A DNA stretch of 64,000 nucleotides from Nitrospinales bacterium (GCA_965223795.1 CBDCXL010000002.1:448001-512000); one strand, 5' to 3'; shown: positions 1 to 10,107, counted from the stretch's first letter. Numbers and translations are program-made. The notes: generated from the sequence alone by a model not told the origin.

Positions 1-275
1 ATGAGTTCGCAGACGCCCAAGCGCAGGATGTTGCGGTCGATCACGGTCATGCGGTCGAGGGTCCAGTGCTCGCTGTACTTCTGCAGCAGCACGTCGATCT
101 CCTCTTTGTGGCCCAGCACTTTTTCCACCAGCTCCTGCATGAACCCGCGCACCTCTTCGCCGCTGGTGTGCCGCTCGCCGAACTGGACCATCTGTTCCTG
201 ATAGTCTCCGGTGTTGAATTCGAACTGGTAGAGGAATTTCAGTGCCTGTTCGCGTGAGGACCGTCGTTTTCCCAT
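1..275 (-). CDS. nusB: Transcription antitermination factor NusB (3' end outside window)
   Basis: Manual translation from ATG at 275: MGKRRSSREQALKFLYQFEF...EHWTLDRMTVIDRNILRLGVCEL, NusB signatures; canonical position after ribH. Not in ORF track. Confidence 0.93.
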   Translation of the reverse strand, partial: MGKRRSSREQALKFLYQFEFNTGDYQEQMVQFGERHTSGEEVRGFMQELVEKVLGHKEEIDVLLQKYSEHWTLDRMTVIDRNILRLGVCEL

Positions 276-285
276 CGCAGTCCGC

Positions 286-753
286 CTAGGAAATCTTCTT
301 GTACAGGTTGACCATCTCGATCGCGGCGAGGGCGGTTTCCCAGCCTTTGTTGCCGCCCTTGGAACCGGCGCGCTCGACGGCCTGCTCGAGGTTGTCGGTG
401 GTCAGGATGCCGAACAGCACCGGAATCGGCGCTTCCATTGCGAGCGCTCCCACACCCTTGCTGGCTTCGCCGGCGACGTAGTTGAAATGCGGCGTCGCAC
501 CGCGGATCACCGCGCCCAGGCACAAAAGGGCGTCGTACTTGTTGCCGGCGATCATGCGTTTGGCGGCCATCGGGATTTCGAACGCGCCGGGGACGTGCAC
601 GACGTCGATGTCCTTTTCGTCGACGCCGTGGCGCACCAGGGCGTCCACCGCGCCGTCGGTGAGCCGCGCGGTGATGAAATCGTTGAAGCGGCTGACGACG
701 ATGCCGAACCTGAACCCCTTGGCGTTGAGTTCGCCCTGTATGGTGTTGACCAT
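286..753 (-). CDS. ribH: 6,7-dimethyl-8-ribityllumazine synthase
   Basis: [35 protein letters not shown] motifs; start taken at MVNTIQG. Confidence 0.97.
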   Translation of the reverse strand: MVNTIQGELNAKGFRFGIVVSRFNDFITARLTDGAVDALVRHGVDEKDIDVVHVPGAFEIPMAAKRMIAGNKYDALLCLGAVIRGATPHFNYVAGEASKGVGALAMEAPIPVLFGILTTDNLEQAVERAGSKGGNKGWETALAAIEMVNLYKKIS

Positions 754-823
754 GAATTCAACCTGTGCGGAATGTGGATCCGCTTTGTTTGATGATGCCG
801 GGACAGAATGCGGATTCAAAACA

Positions 824-2035
824 TCACGAGATGTTTTTGATCATGTGCCCCATTTTTTTCTGTTTGGTGCGGAGGTACTTGACGTTGTCCTTGCGCGGGT
901 GCACCTCGATGGGCACGCGCTCGACGATGTGCAGCCCGTAGCCTTCCAGCCCCACGATCTTGCGCGGGTTGTTGGTCAGCAGCCGGATCTGCCCCAGCCC
1001 GAGCTTGCACAGAATCTGTGCGCCGATGCCGTATTCGCGCAGGTCGGCCTTGAACCCCAAAGCCTCGTTGGCCTGCACGGTGTCCTTTCCCTCGTCCTGC
1101 AGGGCGTAGGCTTTCAGTTTGTTGATGATGCCGATGCCGCGCCCCTCCTGGGGCAGGTACACCAGCACGCCCATGCCTTCCTGGTTGATCCTTTCCAGGG
1201 CGCTGTTGAGCTGGTCGCCGCAGTCGCAGCGGAAGGAACCGAACACGTCGCCGGTCAGGCACTGGGAATGGACGCGCACCAGGGTCGGGACATCAGGCTG
1301 AATCTCGCCTTTGACGAGAGCGATGTGGATCTGGTCGATGAGCACGTTGCGGAAGGTGACGGCGGTGAACTCGCCGTGCGCCGTGGGCAGCACGGTGCGC
1401 ACCACTTCCTCGATCAGCGTCTCGCGCTGCAGCCGGTATTCCGCCAGGTCTTTCGTGGTGATCATTTTCAGCCCGTGCTTTTCGGCGAACTTGGCAAGCT
1501 GCGGCACGCGCGCCATGCTGCCGTCCTCGTCCATGATCTCGCAGATGACCCCCGCGGGCGCAAGCCCGGCGAGACGGGAAATGTCGACCGACGCCTCGGT
1601 CTGACCCATTCGGACCAGCACGCCTCCATCCTTGGCGCGCAGCGGGAAGATGTGCCCCGGCTTGACGAGGTCGCTTTTCTGGGTTTTCGGATCGATGGTG
1701 ACCTTGATGGTCTGGGCGCGGTCCGCGGCGGAGATGCCCGTGGTGACGCCGTCGCGCGCGTCGATGGACACGGTGAAGGGCGTCTCGAAGTGGGACTGGT
1801 TGTCCTGCACCATCATGGAGAGCCCCAGCTCGCGCGTGCGTTCCTCGGTGAGCGCCACACAGATCAGCCCGCGGCCGTATTTGGCCATGAAGTTGACCGC
1901 TTCGGGCGTCACCTTATCGGCGGCGATCATCAGGTCGCCTTCGTTTTCGCGGTCTTCATCGTCGACGATGATGATCATTTCACCGTTTTTGACGTCTTCG
2001 ATCGCATCGTCGATGGAGCTGAAAGTCTCGTTCAT
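824..2035 (-). CDS. ribBA: Bifunctional DHBP synthase / GTP cyclohydrolase II
   Basis: [44 protein letters not shown]. Confidence 0.97.
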   Translation of the reverse strand: MNETFSSIDDAIEDVKNGEMIIIVDDEDRENEGDLMIAADKVTPEAVNFMAKYGRGLICVALTEERTRELGLSMMVQDNQSHFETPFTVSIDARDGVTTGISAADRAQTIKVTIDPKTQKSDLVKPGHIFPLRAKDGGVLVRMGQTEASVDISRLAGLAPAGVICEIMDEDGSMARVPQLAKFAEKHGLKMITTKDLAEYRLQRETLIEEVVRTVLPTAHGEFTAVTFRNVLIDQIHIALVKGEIQPDVPTLVRVHSQCLTGDVFGSFRCDCGDQLNSALERINQEGMGVLVYLPQEGRGIGIINKLKAYALQDEGKDTVQANEALGFKADLREYGIGAQILCKLGLGQIRLLTNNPRKIVGLEGYGLHIVERVPIEVHPRKDNVKYLRTKQKKMGHMIKNIS

Positions 2036-2110
2036 CGTTTCTTCTCTACGTGAGTTTCACACGGGCGCGTACGCGTCCGCCTGCCGGGGATAAAAAATCC
2101 GGCTTCAGGG

Positions 2111-2764
2111 TCACAAAAATCCTTTTTGCCTGAGCAGATCCAGGGAAATCTTCTCCCCTTTGGCGGGATGCACCAGCAGCGTCTCGCAGGCCCTAAAGAC
2201 ATATTTACCAATCATATCACATTCGATGTTCACCCGATCTCCGATTTTCCGCTGCTTGAGATTGGTGTGCGAAAGCGTGTAGGGAATGATGGATACGGAA
2301 AATTTGTTGTCCGAACAGGAAAACACCGTCAGGCTGATCCCGTCCACGGCGATGGAACCTTTCTCAATGATAAACGGGCTCAATTCGGGCGGATGCTCGA
2401 AACGGAACACCACTTCGCCGGGTCTGGTTTCCTGATCCACCACGGTGCCGGTCTGGTCGATGTGGCCGGTGACGAAATGCCCGCTGATCTTCTGATTGGG
2501 CGTGAGCGATTTTTCCAGGTTCACCGCGGTGCGGCTCTTCGCCTCGCTGAAGCTGGTGCGGTTCAAGGTCTCGGTGCCCAGATCGACGGTGAACCCGTCT
2601 TTGGTGAATTCGCGCACAGTGAGGCAGACGCCGTTGACGGCGATGCTTTCGCCGAGCTCGAATTCTCCGAATTCCGCATCGGTGCGGATGACCATCTCCG
2701 CGCTTTCCTCATGGCGGGTGATTTTTTCGATGGTCCCGACGCTCTGAATGATGCCGCTGAACAT
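2111..2764 (-). CDS. ribE: Riboflavin synthase (alpha chain)
   Basis: MFSGII N-terminus, GHFVTGHID, KGSIAVDGISLT. Confidence 0.96.
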   Translation of the reverse strand: MFSGIIQSVGTIEKITRHEESAEMVIRTDAEFGEFELGESIAVNGVCLTVREFTKDGFTVDLGTETLNRTSFSEAKSRTAVNLEKSLTPNQKISGHFVTGHIDQTGTVVDQETRPGEVVFRFEHPPELSPFIIEKGSIAVDGISLTVFSCSDNKFSVSIIPYTLSHTNLKQRKIGDRVNIECDMIGKYVFRACETLLVHPAKGEKISLDLLRQKGFL

Positions 2765-2773
2765 ACGTTTTCC

Positions 2774-3889
2774 TCACTCCTTCCTGCGCCCGGGCGTGGC
2801 CTCGATCATCCAGTCTTCCCCCACCTGGGTGACCGTCATGTTTTTGAGCCTGAGCGTGTTTTCAATCTTGTCGATGCCCGCCCCGCCGACGGGTCCCGGC
2901 GCCCGGTTGCCGCCGATGATGGCGGGCGCGATGAAAAACACGACTTTATCGACGATGCCCGCTTCCAGGGCGCTGGCGTTGATGGCGCCGCCCGCCTCGA
3001 ACAAGACAGACGTGATCTGCCGTTCTCCCAGCTTGCGCATGAGGTCTTTGAGATCGACGCCGAACCGGTTTTCCTTCACGGACAGGACCTCGACGCCCTG
3101 CGCGTGGAGCGCTTTCATTCTTGCAGCATCCGGTTTCATGCCGCAGGCGAGGATCACTGTTTCCGCCGCCGCGTTTTGAAACACGTTGGCATTCAGAGGA
3201 ATCCGGTGCCGCCGGTCGACGACCACGCGCACGGGGTGTCTGGGGTGTTTCTGTCCCAATCGAACGGTCAGGGAAGGATTATCCTTCAAGACGGTGCCCG
3301 CGCCAACAAGAATCGCATCGGCCCGCTCGCGCATCCGGTGCACGTGGCGGCGCGCTTTCGCCCCGGTGATCCACTTCGATTCGCCGGTGTGGGTGGCGAT
3401 CTTGCCGTCGAGGGACAGGGCCGATTTCAGGATGACGTAGGGTTCGCCTGTCTGAATGAATTTGACAAAAACGGCGTTCAGCGCCTCGCATTGTTTTTTC
3501 AGGATGCCGGTGGTGACGCCGATGCCCGCCTTTTTCAAGGCGCGGATGCCTTTTCCGCATACCAAAGGATTGGGATCGCGCATGCCGATATATGCGTGGC
3601 GGATGCCGGCATCCAAAAGGGCCCTGGTGCAGGGCGGCGTCTTTCCGGTGTGGCAGCAGGGCTCGAGATTGACGTACAGATCGGCGCCTTTGGCCTTGCC
3701 GCCCGCCTGCCTGAGCGCGGCGATTTCGGCGTGCGGCCCGCCGGCTTTTTTATGGAACCCGGCGCCGACGACCTTGCCGCGCCGCACCAGGACCGCGCCC
3801 ACGAGCGGGTTGGGGCTGGTTCTGCCCTGCCCTTTTTCAGCCAGCGCGATCGCCTGCTGCATGAATGTCTGATGGATGGATTCGGTCAC
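2774..3889 (-). CDS. ribD: Riboflavin biosynthesis deaminase/reductase RibD
   Basis: PNPLVG, HAE, LEPCCH...PPC zinc motifs, SLDGKIA reductase motif; GTG start inferred. Confidence 0.96.
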   Translation of the reverse strand: MTESIHQTFMQQAIALAEKGQGRTSPNPLVGAVLVRRGKVVGAGFHKKAGGPHAEIAALRQAGGKAKGADLYVNLEPCCHTGKTPPCTRALLDAGIRHAYIGMRDPNPLVCGKGIRALKKAGIGVTTGILKKQCEALNAVFVKFIQTGEPYVILKSALSLDGKIATHTGESKWITGAKARRHVHRMRERADAILVGAGTVLKDNPSLTVRLGQKHPRHPVRVVVDRRHRIPLNANVFQNAAAETVILACGMKPDAARMKALHAQGVEVLSVKENRFGVDLKDLMRKLGERQITSVLFEAGGAINASALEAGIVDKVVFFIAPAIIGGNRAPGPVGGAGIDKIENTLRLKNMTVTQVGEDWMIEATPGRRKE

Positions 3890-4032
3890 AATGGGCCCCC
3901 CGCACAAGTTGAGCCGAACGGATTCACGCCTGTTCGGGCTTTACCGGACGCGCCTGGAAATGCGATCCGGGAACGCGCGTTGCTGCTGAACCACGAGTAT
4001 GACGGCGCTCGCGTCCGCATCATTGTACCCGA

Positions 4033-4860
4033 TCAGCGTTTCCGGCGCGTGATGTCCACCATCTGCTTGCGGATGCTGCCGCGCTGGTACACGATTTCGA
4101 TCCTGCGGTTGGCCGCCCGGTTCTCTTTGCTGGTGTTGGGGACTTTGGGCCGGAATTGCGCCAGACCTTCGATGGAAAGGTTTTCCGCGGCAAATCCCGA
4201 CTCGGTGAACAGCCGGGCCACGTCGGCGGCGCGTGAGGCGGAAAGCTCCCAGTTGGAGGGAAACTGTTTGCTGCGGATGGGCGTGTCGTCGGTATGGCCT
4301 TCGATCTTGACCTGGTAATTGAACTGTTTGAGCAGTTCGAACACTTCCTTGATGACTTCCTTGCCCTCGGGCGTCATTTTCGCCTGTCCGGGCGGAAACA
4401 GCACCATGTCGGAAATGGTGATCACGGCGCCGCGCTCGTCGGAGGAAACCTGGACCTGTCCGGAAAGCTTGTTCTTGTAAACGAACTCCTCGACCTCGGA
4501 GGCGATCTCCTCGATCTCCTTGGCGACCATCGCACCCACTTCGTCGATTGCGTGGATGTTGCTGTCCTGCATCTGCATCTGCATCTTGATGACGTCGAGG
4601 CCCTGCCGCGTTCCGGACTCGGGAATCGACTCGGTGCCGAGGGCGTCCTTGAGGGATTCCTTGATCAGACGCCATTTCTCGTCCTCAATGGAGCCCATGG
4701 CGAACAGCAGGATGAAAAACACCATCAGCAGGGTCACCAGGTCGGCGAAGGTCATGACCCACGCCGGCGCCCCACCGCCTTCTTCTTCCAGCTCTTCTTC
4801 CTCGTCGTCCCCCTGTTCCGCGGGATCGGGATTTTTCGCTTTTGCGTCTTTTTCAGCCAT
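4033..4860 (-). CDS. motB: Flagellar stator MotB/PomB
   Basis: WVMTFADLVTLLMVFFILL TM with conserved Asp; OmpA-like EGHTDD...NWELSASRA...NRRIEI. Confidence 0.95.
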   Translation of the reverse strand: MAEKDAKAKNPDPAEQGDDEEEELEEEGGGAPAWVMTFADLVTLLMVFFILLFAMGSIEDEKWRLIKESLKDALGTESIPESGTRQGLDVIKMQMQMQDSNIHAIDEVGAMVAKEIEEIASEVEEFVYKNKLSGQVQVSSDERGAVITISDMVLFPPGQAKMTPEGKEVIKEVFELLKQFNYQVKIEGHTDDTPIRSKQFPSNWELSASRAADVARLFTESGFAAENLSIEGLAQFRPKVPNTSKENRAANRRIEIVYQRGSIRKQMVDITRRKR

Positions 4861-4866
4861 GCTCAA

Positions 4867-5667
4867 TCACTTTTTCGCGGGTTTCTTGCCGCCGCCTTCT
4901 TCTTCCTTTTTGGCTTTCTTGCCGTGGTACGAATCCAGGAAGTTTTCCAGAACCTCTTTCATGAACCGGGGGTTCACGCCTTTGCGGATATAGGCGATGC
5001 CTTCCAGCACCAGGTTCATCTCCAAAGTCTCGCTGGCGCTGCGCCGCTTCAGCTTGACGGTCATGGGGATGAACAGCAGGTTGGCGATGCAGGCACCGTA
5101 AAACGTGGTGATGAGCGCGATCGCCATTTTCGGGCCGACGGAGTTGACGTCCGCCAGGTCGGCGAGCATCTGGATCAGGCCGATCAGGGTGCCGATCATG
5201 CCGAATGCCGGCGCGAACGCTCCCATCTGGTTGAAAATCTCCCAGCCGTCCTTGTGTGATTTCTGGATCTGCTTGATCTCGCGCTTCAGCAGGGCGTTCA
5301 CCGTGGCTTCGTCCTTGCCGTCCACGGTCATCTCCAGTCCCTTTTTCAGGAATTCGTTGTCGATGTCCTTGAGCTTGGACTCGATCGCCAGCACGCCGCC
5401 TTTGCGGGCCACGTTGCACACGCTGACCATGTCTTCGATCAGCTCGTAATGGTCCATCTTGCGCACGAAAAACACGCGCAGGAACAGGCCCATCACTTTC
5501 ATGACCTCGTTGAAGGGAAACGCCACCAGCGTCGCCGCCAGCGTGCCGCCCACCACGATCATGGCCGAAGGCGCGTTGATGAACAGGCCGAGTCCGCTGT
5601 TCATCAATATGGACGAAAGGACCAGGCCGATGCCTGCGATGATGCCTGCTAGAGTTGCAATATCCAT
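4867..5667 (-). CDS. motA: Flagellar stator MotA/PomA
   Basis: MDIATLAG, ARKGGVLA, APAFGMIGTLIGLIQML, ALITTFYG. Confidence 0.95.
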   Translation of the reverse strand: MDIATLAGIIAGIGLVLSSILMNSGLGLFINAPSAMIVVGGTLAATLVAFPFNEVMKVMGLFLRVFFVRKMDHYELIEDMVSVCNVARKGGVLAIESKLKDIDNEFLKKGLEMTVDGKDEATVNALLKREIKQIQKSHKDGWEIFNQMGAFAPAFGMIGTLIGLIQMLADLADVNSVGPKMAIALITTFYGACIANLLFIPMTVKLKRRSASETLEMNLVLEGIAYIRKGVNPRFMKEVLENFLDSYHGKKAKKEEEGGGKKPAKK

Positions 5668-5673
5668 GGTCTT

Positions 5674-7119
5674 TTACGGTTGTTTGATTTTTACATTGCC
5701 CGAAATCGGGTCCATCGCGTGAAATTTGATGATCTTGTTCAGCGTGTCGCGGTTGAGCACCGTGCCTTTGCGCAACAGATTGATGCCGGATTCGGAATAG
5801 ATGTCCGAAGCCAGCTCCATGCCCTCCACCAGGGCGAAAACCGAACAGTCCAGCGCTTTGCCCTCCTCGGTGTCCATTCGGGTGTCCACGTACTCGCAAA
5901 GGTAGTTCATCACCTGCTCGTCGAATATCGTGCCGACCCGCTGGTCCATCGATTCCAGTAGGCTCTGCGTCCCGCTCTCGGGCCGGGCGATGCGCGCGTG
6001 ATCGAAAAAGCTGGCGGCGGTGATGATCCGCGATCCCACCGGGATGCGGTCGCCGTACAGGCCGTCCGGCGTTCCCGAGCCGTCGACGTTTTCGTGCAGA
6101 TGGCGGATGATCGCCGCGATCAGCTCGAAGCCGGGAAACCCTTTGAGCAGCATCTCGCCGACCAGCGTGTGGTGCGTCCGCTGCCGGTTGTTGTCCTCAT
6201 CCAAAGCCTCCAGCCGCCGTTCCGGGGTCGGCAGGGCGACGATGCCCAATTCGTGCAGCCGCGCCGCGGAGCGGATGTTGCGGATCTGGTAATCGGTGAG
6301 CTTCATCTTCTCCGCGATGAACACGGACATGTCCGCCACCCGTTCGGCATGGCCGCGGTGGTCGGCCTGATGCAGCTCGATGATCGCCGCCAGCAGGCCT
6401 TCGGTGGAATCGAAACGCCGGGCGAGTTCGTCCACCATCGTGGAGATCTCGGCGTTTTTCTCCTCCAGCTGCTTGTTGAGATCGGTCATCTCGTGCAGGC
6501 TCATGCCCAGCCGGCGTTTGTCCGTGTGCAGCTCCTCATTGAGAGCCGCGAGCTTTTTATGAAACTGCTTGAGCTGGCCCAGAGACTCTTCCAGCTGCTT
6601 GTTCTTTTCGTGCACCGTCTCGTTGAGCTGCATGTGGCGCAGGGCGGAATGCACCCAGAACACCAGCTCGCCGCTTTTGAGCGGTTTGGACAGATACGCG
6701 TCGGCGCCGTTTTCCCGTGCCCGCGTGGCGTGATCCGCGCCGGGGTCGTAATCGGACAACAGGACGAAGGCGCATTCGGGTTTTTCCTGACGTGCCTTGC
6801 GGCAGACTTCGTGGCCGTCCATGCCGGGCAGATTCAGGCTGCAAAGGATGAAATCCGGTTTCGCGGTGCGCATGGATTCGAGCCCGTCCTCGCCGGTGCC
6901 GCTGTGCAGCACTGCAAGCTCGGTGGAACCGAGCGCCGGCTGCAAAATGCCCTTCACCGTTCCGGCGAGCTGCGGGTCCGTGTCGATACAGAGAATCGTT
7001 ATGGTTTTACGGGTGATGTTCAAGGCACCGTCCCGGATGCGGTTGGACCGCGTTCGTTCGTCTGAAATATGGGAATGCTGAAAAATTGATTCCTGATGTG
7101 AATCTGGTGGTAAAGGCAT
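5674..7119 (-). CDS. Receiver + coiled-coil + HD-GYP-like protein with degenerate motifs
   Basis: REC fold (LNLPGMDG, GADAYLSKP), coiled coil, HAERVA, RLHELG, HENVDGSGTPDGL; start uncertain. Confidence 0.85.
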   Translation of the reverse strand: MPLPPDSHQESIFQHSHISDERTRSNRIRDGALNITRKTITILCIDTDPQLAGTVKGILQPALGSTELAVLHSGTGEDGLESMRTAKPDFILCSLNLPGMDGHEVCRKARQEKPECAFVLLSDYDPGADHATRARENGADAYLSKPLKSGELVFWVHSALRHMQLNETVHEKNKQLEESLGQLKQFHKKLAALNEELHTDKRRLGMSLHEMTDLNKQLEEKNAEISTMVDELARRFDSTEGLLAAIIELHQADHRGHAERVADMSVFIAEKMKLTDYQIRNIRSAARLHELGIVALPTPERRLEALDEDNNRQRTHHTLVGEMLLKGFPGFELIAAIIRHLHENVDGSGTPDGLYGDRIPVGSRIITAASFFDHARIARPESGTQSLLESMDQRVGTIFDEQVMNYLCEYVDTRMDTEEGKALDCSVFALVEGMELASDIYSESGINLLRKGTVLNRDTLNKIIKFHAMDPISGNVKIKQP

Positions 7120-7345
7120 ACAAAAATCAGCCGGAACTTCCCGTATTCCTTCCCCCCGGGAAATCCGAACACCCCCAAAATTGCCTTTAAGCCATTGATT
7201 TTATGATAAAAACTCCCCAGCCCGGAGTCAAGGAAAACTTTTTTCTATCTATGGAGGGGAAAATAAGCGGCGGATTTACAGGGATTCCCGCCGTTTGTTC
7301 AGGACAGGCAGGATTATCGGCAGTCTGAAGAAAAGTGGCGGGTTT

Positions 7346-9739
7346 TCAGTCCTCGTCCTCCTCGTCCACTTCGGTGATCCGGGGCCCGGAAACGCAGCGC
7401 AGGCCGACGGTGAGGTGGCGCTCGGCGGGGTCGAAGGAGTTTCTGAACTTGCATTTGGCGTGCACCAGGTAGTTGAGCCAGGAGCCGCCGCGGACGATGC
7501 GCTGGGTGGTGTGGCGGGAGGCGTGCAGCTGAACGCACCATTCCCACACGTTTCCAGCCATGTCGAAGCAGCCATACGGCGAGATGCCGGGCTCGTATTC
7601 CATCACCGGGCTGGTGCGGCCGACCATGAAATCGCAGGTGTTCGCATATCCGCTCTGGTAGCCCATCGCCTCGCCCCAGGGGTAGTCGCGGCCGTCGTGG
7701 CTGCGGGCGGCCTTTTCCCACTCTTTTTCCACCGGCAGCCGCCTGCCGAGCCAGATGCAGAAAACCAGGGCTTCATAATAGTTGATGCCGATCACCGGCT
7801 GGTCCGGGTCCGCAGAATAGCGGGGGAAACGCAGTTTGTGGTTGGGGTCGAACTGCTGGTACAGGGCGTTGGTGACCGGGTATTTCATGATGGCGTACTC
7901 TTTAAGAAGGATGTGGTCCTCCTCGTCGGTTTCATCCTGGTAGATGAACCTGCCTTCGGGAACGGTGACCATCTCGCCCCACTGGCGCAGCACGCCCATC
8001 TGCACCTGCTTGGGGTCGCCGGACTCGGCGAGAAAATCCTGAAGCGCATCGATCTCCTTGAGCGGAGCGAAGTCCTGGGTGTCCACCAGGGCGTTGAGAT
8101 CCACCTTGTGCAGGGTGAGCAGCAGTTCGATGACGGCGAACAGAATGCGGCTGTCGCGGTGTTCCCGTTTGAGCAGCCGGGTGAGCAGGTCTTTCAGGTA
8201 ATCCGTGTCCACGGTGTCGGCCACTTCCTTGGTGGGCACGAGGCGGCAGCGGGCAAACTGCGGATGGGCTTCCTTGCACTGGTACTTGAGCAGGTGCCCG
8301 GCGAGCAGCTGCTTGCTGCGCGAGAGGTCCTCCGCTTCGCCCAGACAGCTTCCTGCGAGGAACACCGCGCCTTCCTGCAGCAGCACCTCGAACAGGTCGT
8401 CGCTGGGCACGCGGCCGACGAGAAACGGGATGACGGTCTGCCAGATCTCGTCGCGGCAGTGCTTCTGCACCAGAGCCTGCCACTCGGTCTGCGCGGCCAG
8501 GTGGCGGGCGGCGAAAAATTCCTGAAAGCTGGGATGGCGGTACTCCCAGCGGTCCGGGGTCTGCTGGATCAGGCCGGTGAGCGCTTCGGGCAGCCCGCCG
8601 TCTTCCGGCCCGGGTTCGCCCCAACACTCATAAAGGATGTCCCTGGAGAAACCGGTCTCGACATGGACTCCGCGCTGCACTTTGCCTTCACCCATCAGCG
8701 TGTACGCCAGCCGGGCCAATCGGTCCATGCGGGCATCGGTCGAGCCGGGATCGTCCTCCGGGGACCCGGCGTCGAGCAGGGCGCGGAAATGTGCTTCGTA
8801 GAGATCGCTGCGCGTGTTGCACTCGGGGAGCGCTTCCTCCTGGCTTTTGATCATGCGCAGCAGGATGGGGGTCTCAATGAATTCGGGCGCGAAGGGGGCG
8901 GCTTTTTTCAACAGCAGCGCCTTGGCGGCCTCGTCCAGATAGGCTTTGCGTTCCTTGTCGGTGATGGGCTGAAACTGGATCTGAAACGCCGCGTCGCCGC
9001 CGCGCTTGACGACGGCGTCGGTGGCCATGGCGCCGAACTCAAAGGGCCGCGAGGCGGCGAGCGCGAAATTGCTGCGCAGCACGTTGTCGTCCACGAACAG
9101 GTCGTAAAACACCTGGAAGCGGTCCTCGGCCTCCAGCGTTTCGAGCCCGTCCAGCAGGTAGATCATGCGGCTGGTGGTGCCGATGATCTCGATGGTGCGT
9201 TCGAGCACGTCCTCGTCCAGCTCCAGCTCCGGCGATTCCTCTTTTTCCAGCAGCACCACGTCGAGGATCTCGCGCCGCGTGCGCTCGAAAAATTCGCCGA
9301 AGCCGGTGCCCCGGGGCAGCGCCCCCAGATGGTAGTAAATCGGCAGCGAGTAGATCGGGTGCGCCGGTTTCTTGAGCAGGGTTTCCAGGTAGAACTTGAG
9401 GAAGGTGGTCTTGCCCATGCCGGACGGTGCTTCCAGGTGGATCTTGAGCTTGCCCACCTCCAGCAGGTCCTCGTTGATGGCGCGCGGCGAAGGGAACACC
9501 TGCTCCTGCAGGCTCTGGCGGTGCAGGATGGGGTTGGTGTCGAGCAGCACCGGCAGAATGTACTGGTTCGGCCCCCTGCCCTCACCCAGTTGCTGGTCGA
9601 GCCAGGCGCTGACCTGTTTGAGCTGGTGCTTGCGGTAGGTCTCGATCACCCAGTCGGGAGACTCCTCGGGCTTGGGCTGCGCGACCGGCGCGCGCTCCTC
9701 ATCGGGCTGCGGGACCGGCAAATCATTTGTTTCACTCAT
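7346..9739 (-). CDS. NACHT NTPase with C-terminal FGE-sulfatase (SUMF1) domain
   Basis: Walker A APSGMGKTT, Walker B YLLDGLE, YRHPSFQEFFAA winged helix; PVTNALY, RRLPVEKEWEKAAR, DMAGNVWEW, RGGSW, GLRC. Confidence 0.9.
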   Translation of the reverse strand: MSETNDLPVPQPDEERAPVAQPKPEESPDWVIETYRKHQLKQVSAWLDQQLGEGRGPNQYILPVLLDTNPILHRQSLQEQVFPSPRAINEDLLEVGKLKIHLEAPSGMGKTTFLKFYLETLLKKPAHPIYSLPIYYHLGALPRGTGFGEFFERTRREILDVVLLEKEESPELELDEDVLERTIEIIGTTSRMIYLLDGLETLEAEDRFQVFYDLFVDDNVLRSNFALAASRPFEFGAMATDAVVKRGGDAAFQIQFQPITDKERKAYLDEAAKALLLKKAAPFAPEFIETPILLRMIKSQEEALPECNTRSDLYEAHFRALLDAGSPEDDPGSTDARMDRLARLAYTLMGEGKVQRGVHVETGFSRDILYECWGEPGPEDGGLPEALTGLIQQTPDRWEYRHPSFQEFFAARHLAAQTEWQALVQKHCRDEIWQTVIPFLVGRVPSDDLFEVLLQEGAVFLAGSCLGEAEDLSRSKQLLAGHLLKYQCKEAHPQFARCRLVPTKEVADTVDTDYLKDLLTRLLKREHRDSRILFAVIELLLTLHKVDLNALVDTQDFAPLKEIDALQDFLAESGDPKQVQMGVLRQWGEMVTVPEGRFIYQDETDEEDHILLKEYAIMKYPVTNALYQQFDPNHKLRFPRYSADPDQPVIGINYYEALVFCIWLGRRLPVEKEWEKAARSHDGRDYPWGEAMGYQSGYANTCDFMVGRTSPVMEYEPGISPYGCFDMAGNVWEWCVQLHASRHTTQRIVRGGSWLNYLVHAKCKFRNSFDPAERHLTVGLRCVSGPRITEVDEEDED

Positions 9740-9930
9740 GAAACGGGTTCTCTATAATTGAATGAGGGGGCCTTCATTGCATGTATCGATTGCGGGTTTT
9801 CGCTCCGGCGCGCCGCCAGCGGCAGGCGCGGGCTTGAGCCCAACTTCAATGATTTTCGAGTCCACCATTCTATCACACGGACTCCCACCCGGAACAGCAC
9901 AGCCGGGCGCGGGTTAAGCGGAAACACTCG

Positions 9931-10107
9931 GACAGGATTACTGGATAAAAACAGGGCTCGGGCAAAGACGCTAAGGCGCAAAGAAAAGCGATGGGTGGAG
10001 AGCGATTTTATCTGTGCTTCCTCTCCCCTGGAGGGAGGCCAAGCATAGCTTGGCACCCGCATTATAAAAAAACGCGGGAGGTGGCTTGAGGATTGAGGTG
10101 AGGGGGG
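9931..10107 (+). repeat. Composite intergenic element, copy 1 (GACAGGAT, GCAAAG and CCTCTCCCC/hairpin modules)
   Basis: 37 bp core CCTCTCCCCTGGAGGGAGGCCAAGCATAGCTTGGCAC at 10020-10056 is identical at 56562-56598 and has 1 mismatch, inverted, near 12.2 kb; module order shared. Confidence 0.9.

Noticed and set aside
3890..4032. FMN riboswitch upstream of ribD
   Set aside because: No RFN consensus elements seen and the gap is short.
7346..7520. DGR variable repeat at the FGE C-terminus
   Set aside because: No template repeat or reverse transcriptase seen in the window.
482..9757. Long + strand ORFs (482..2053, 2126..4318, 4294..5259, 5998..7065, 7295..9757)
   Set aside because: Antisense shadows of well-supported minus-strand genes, expected in high-GC DNA; no motifs.
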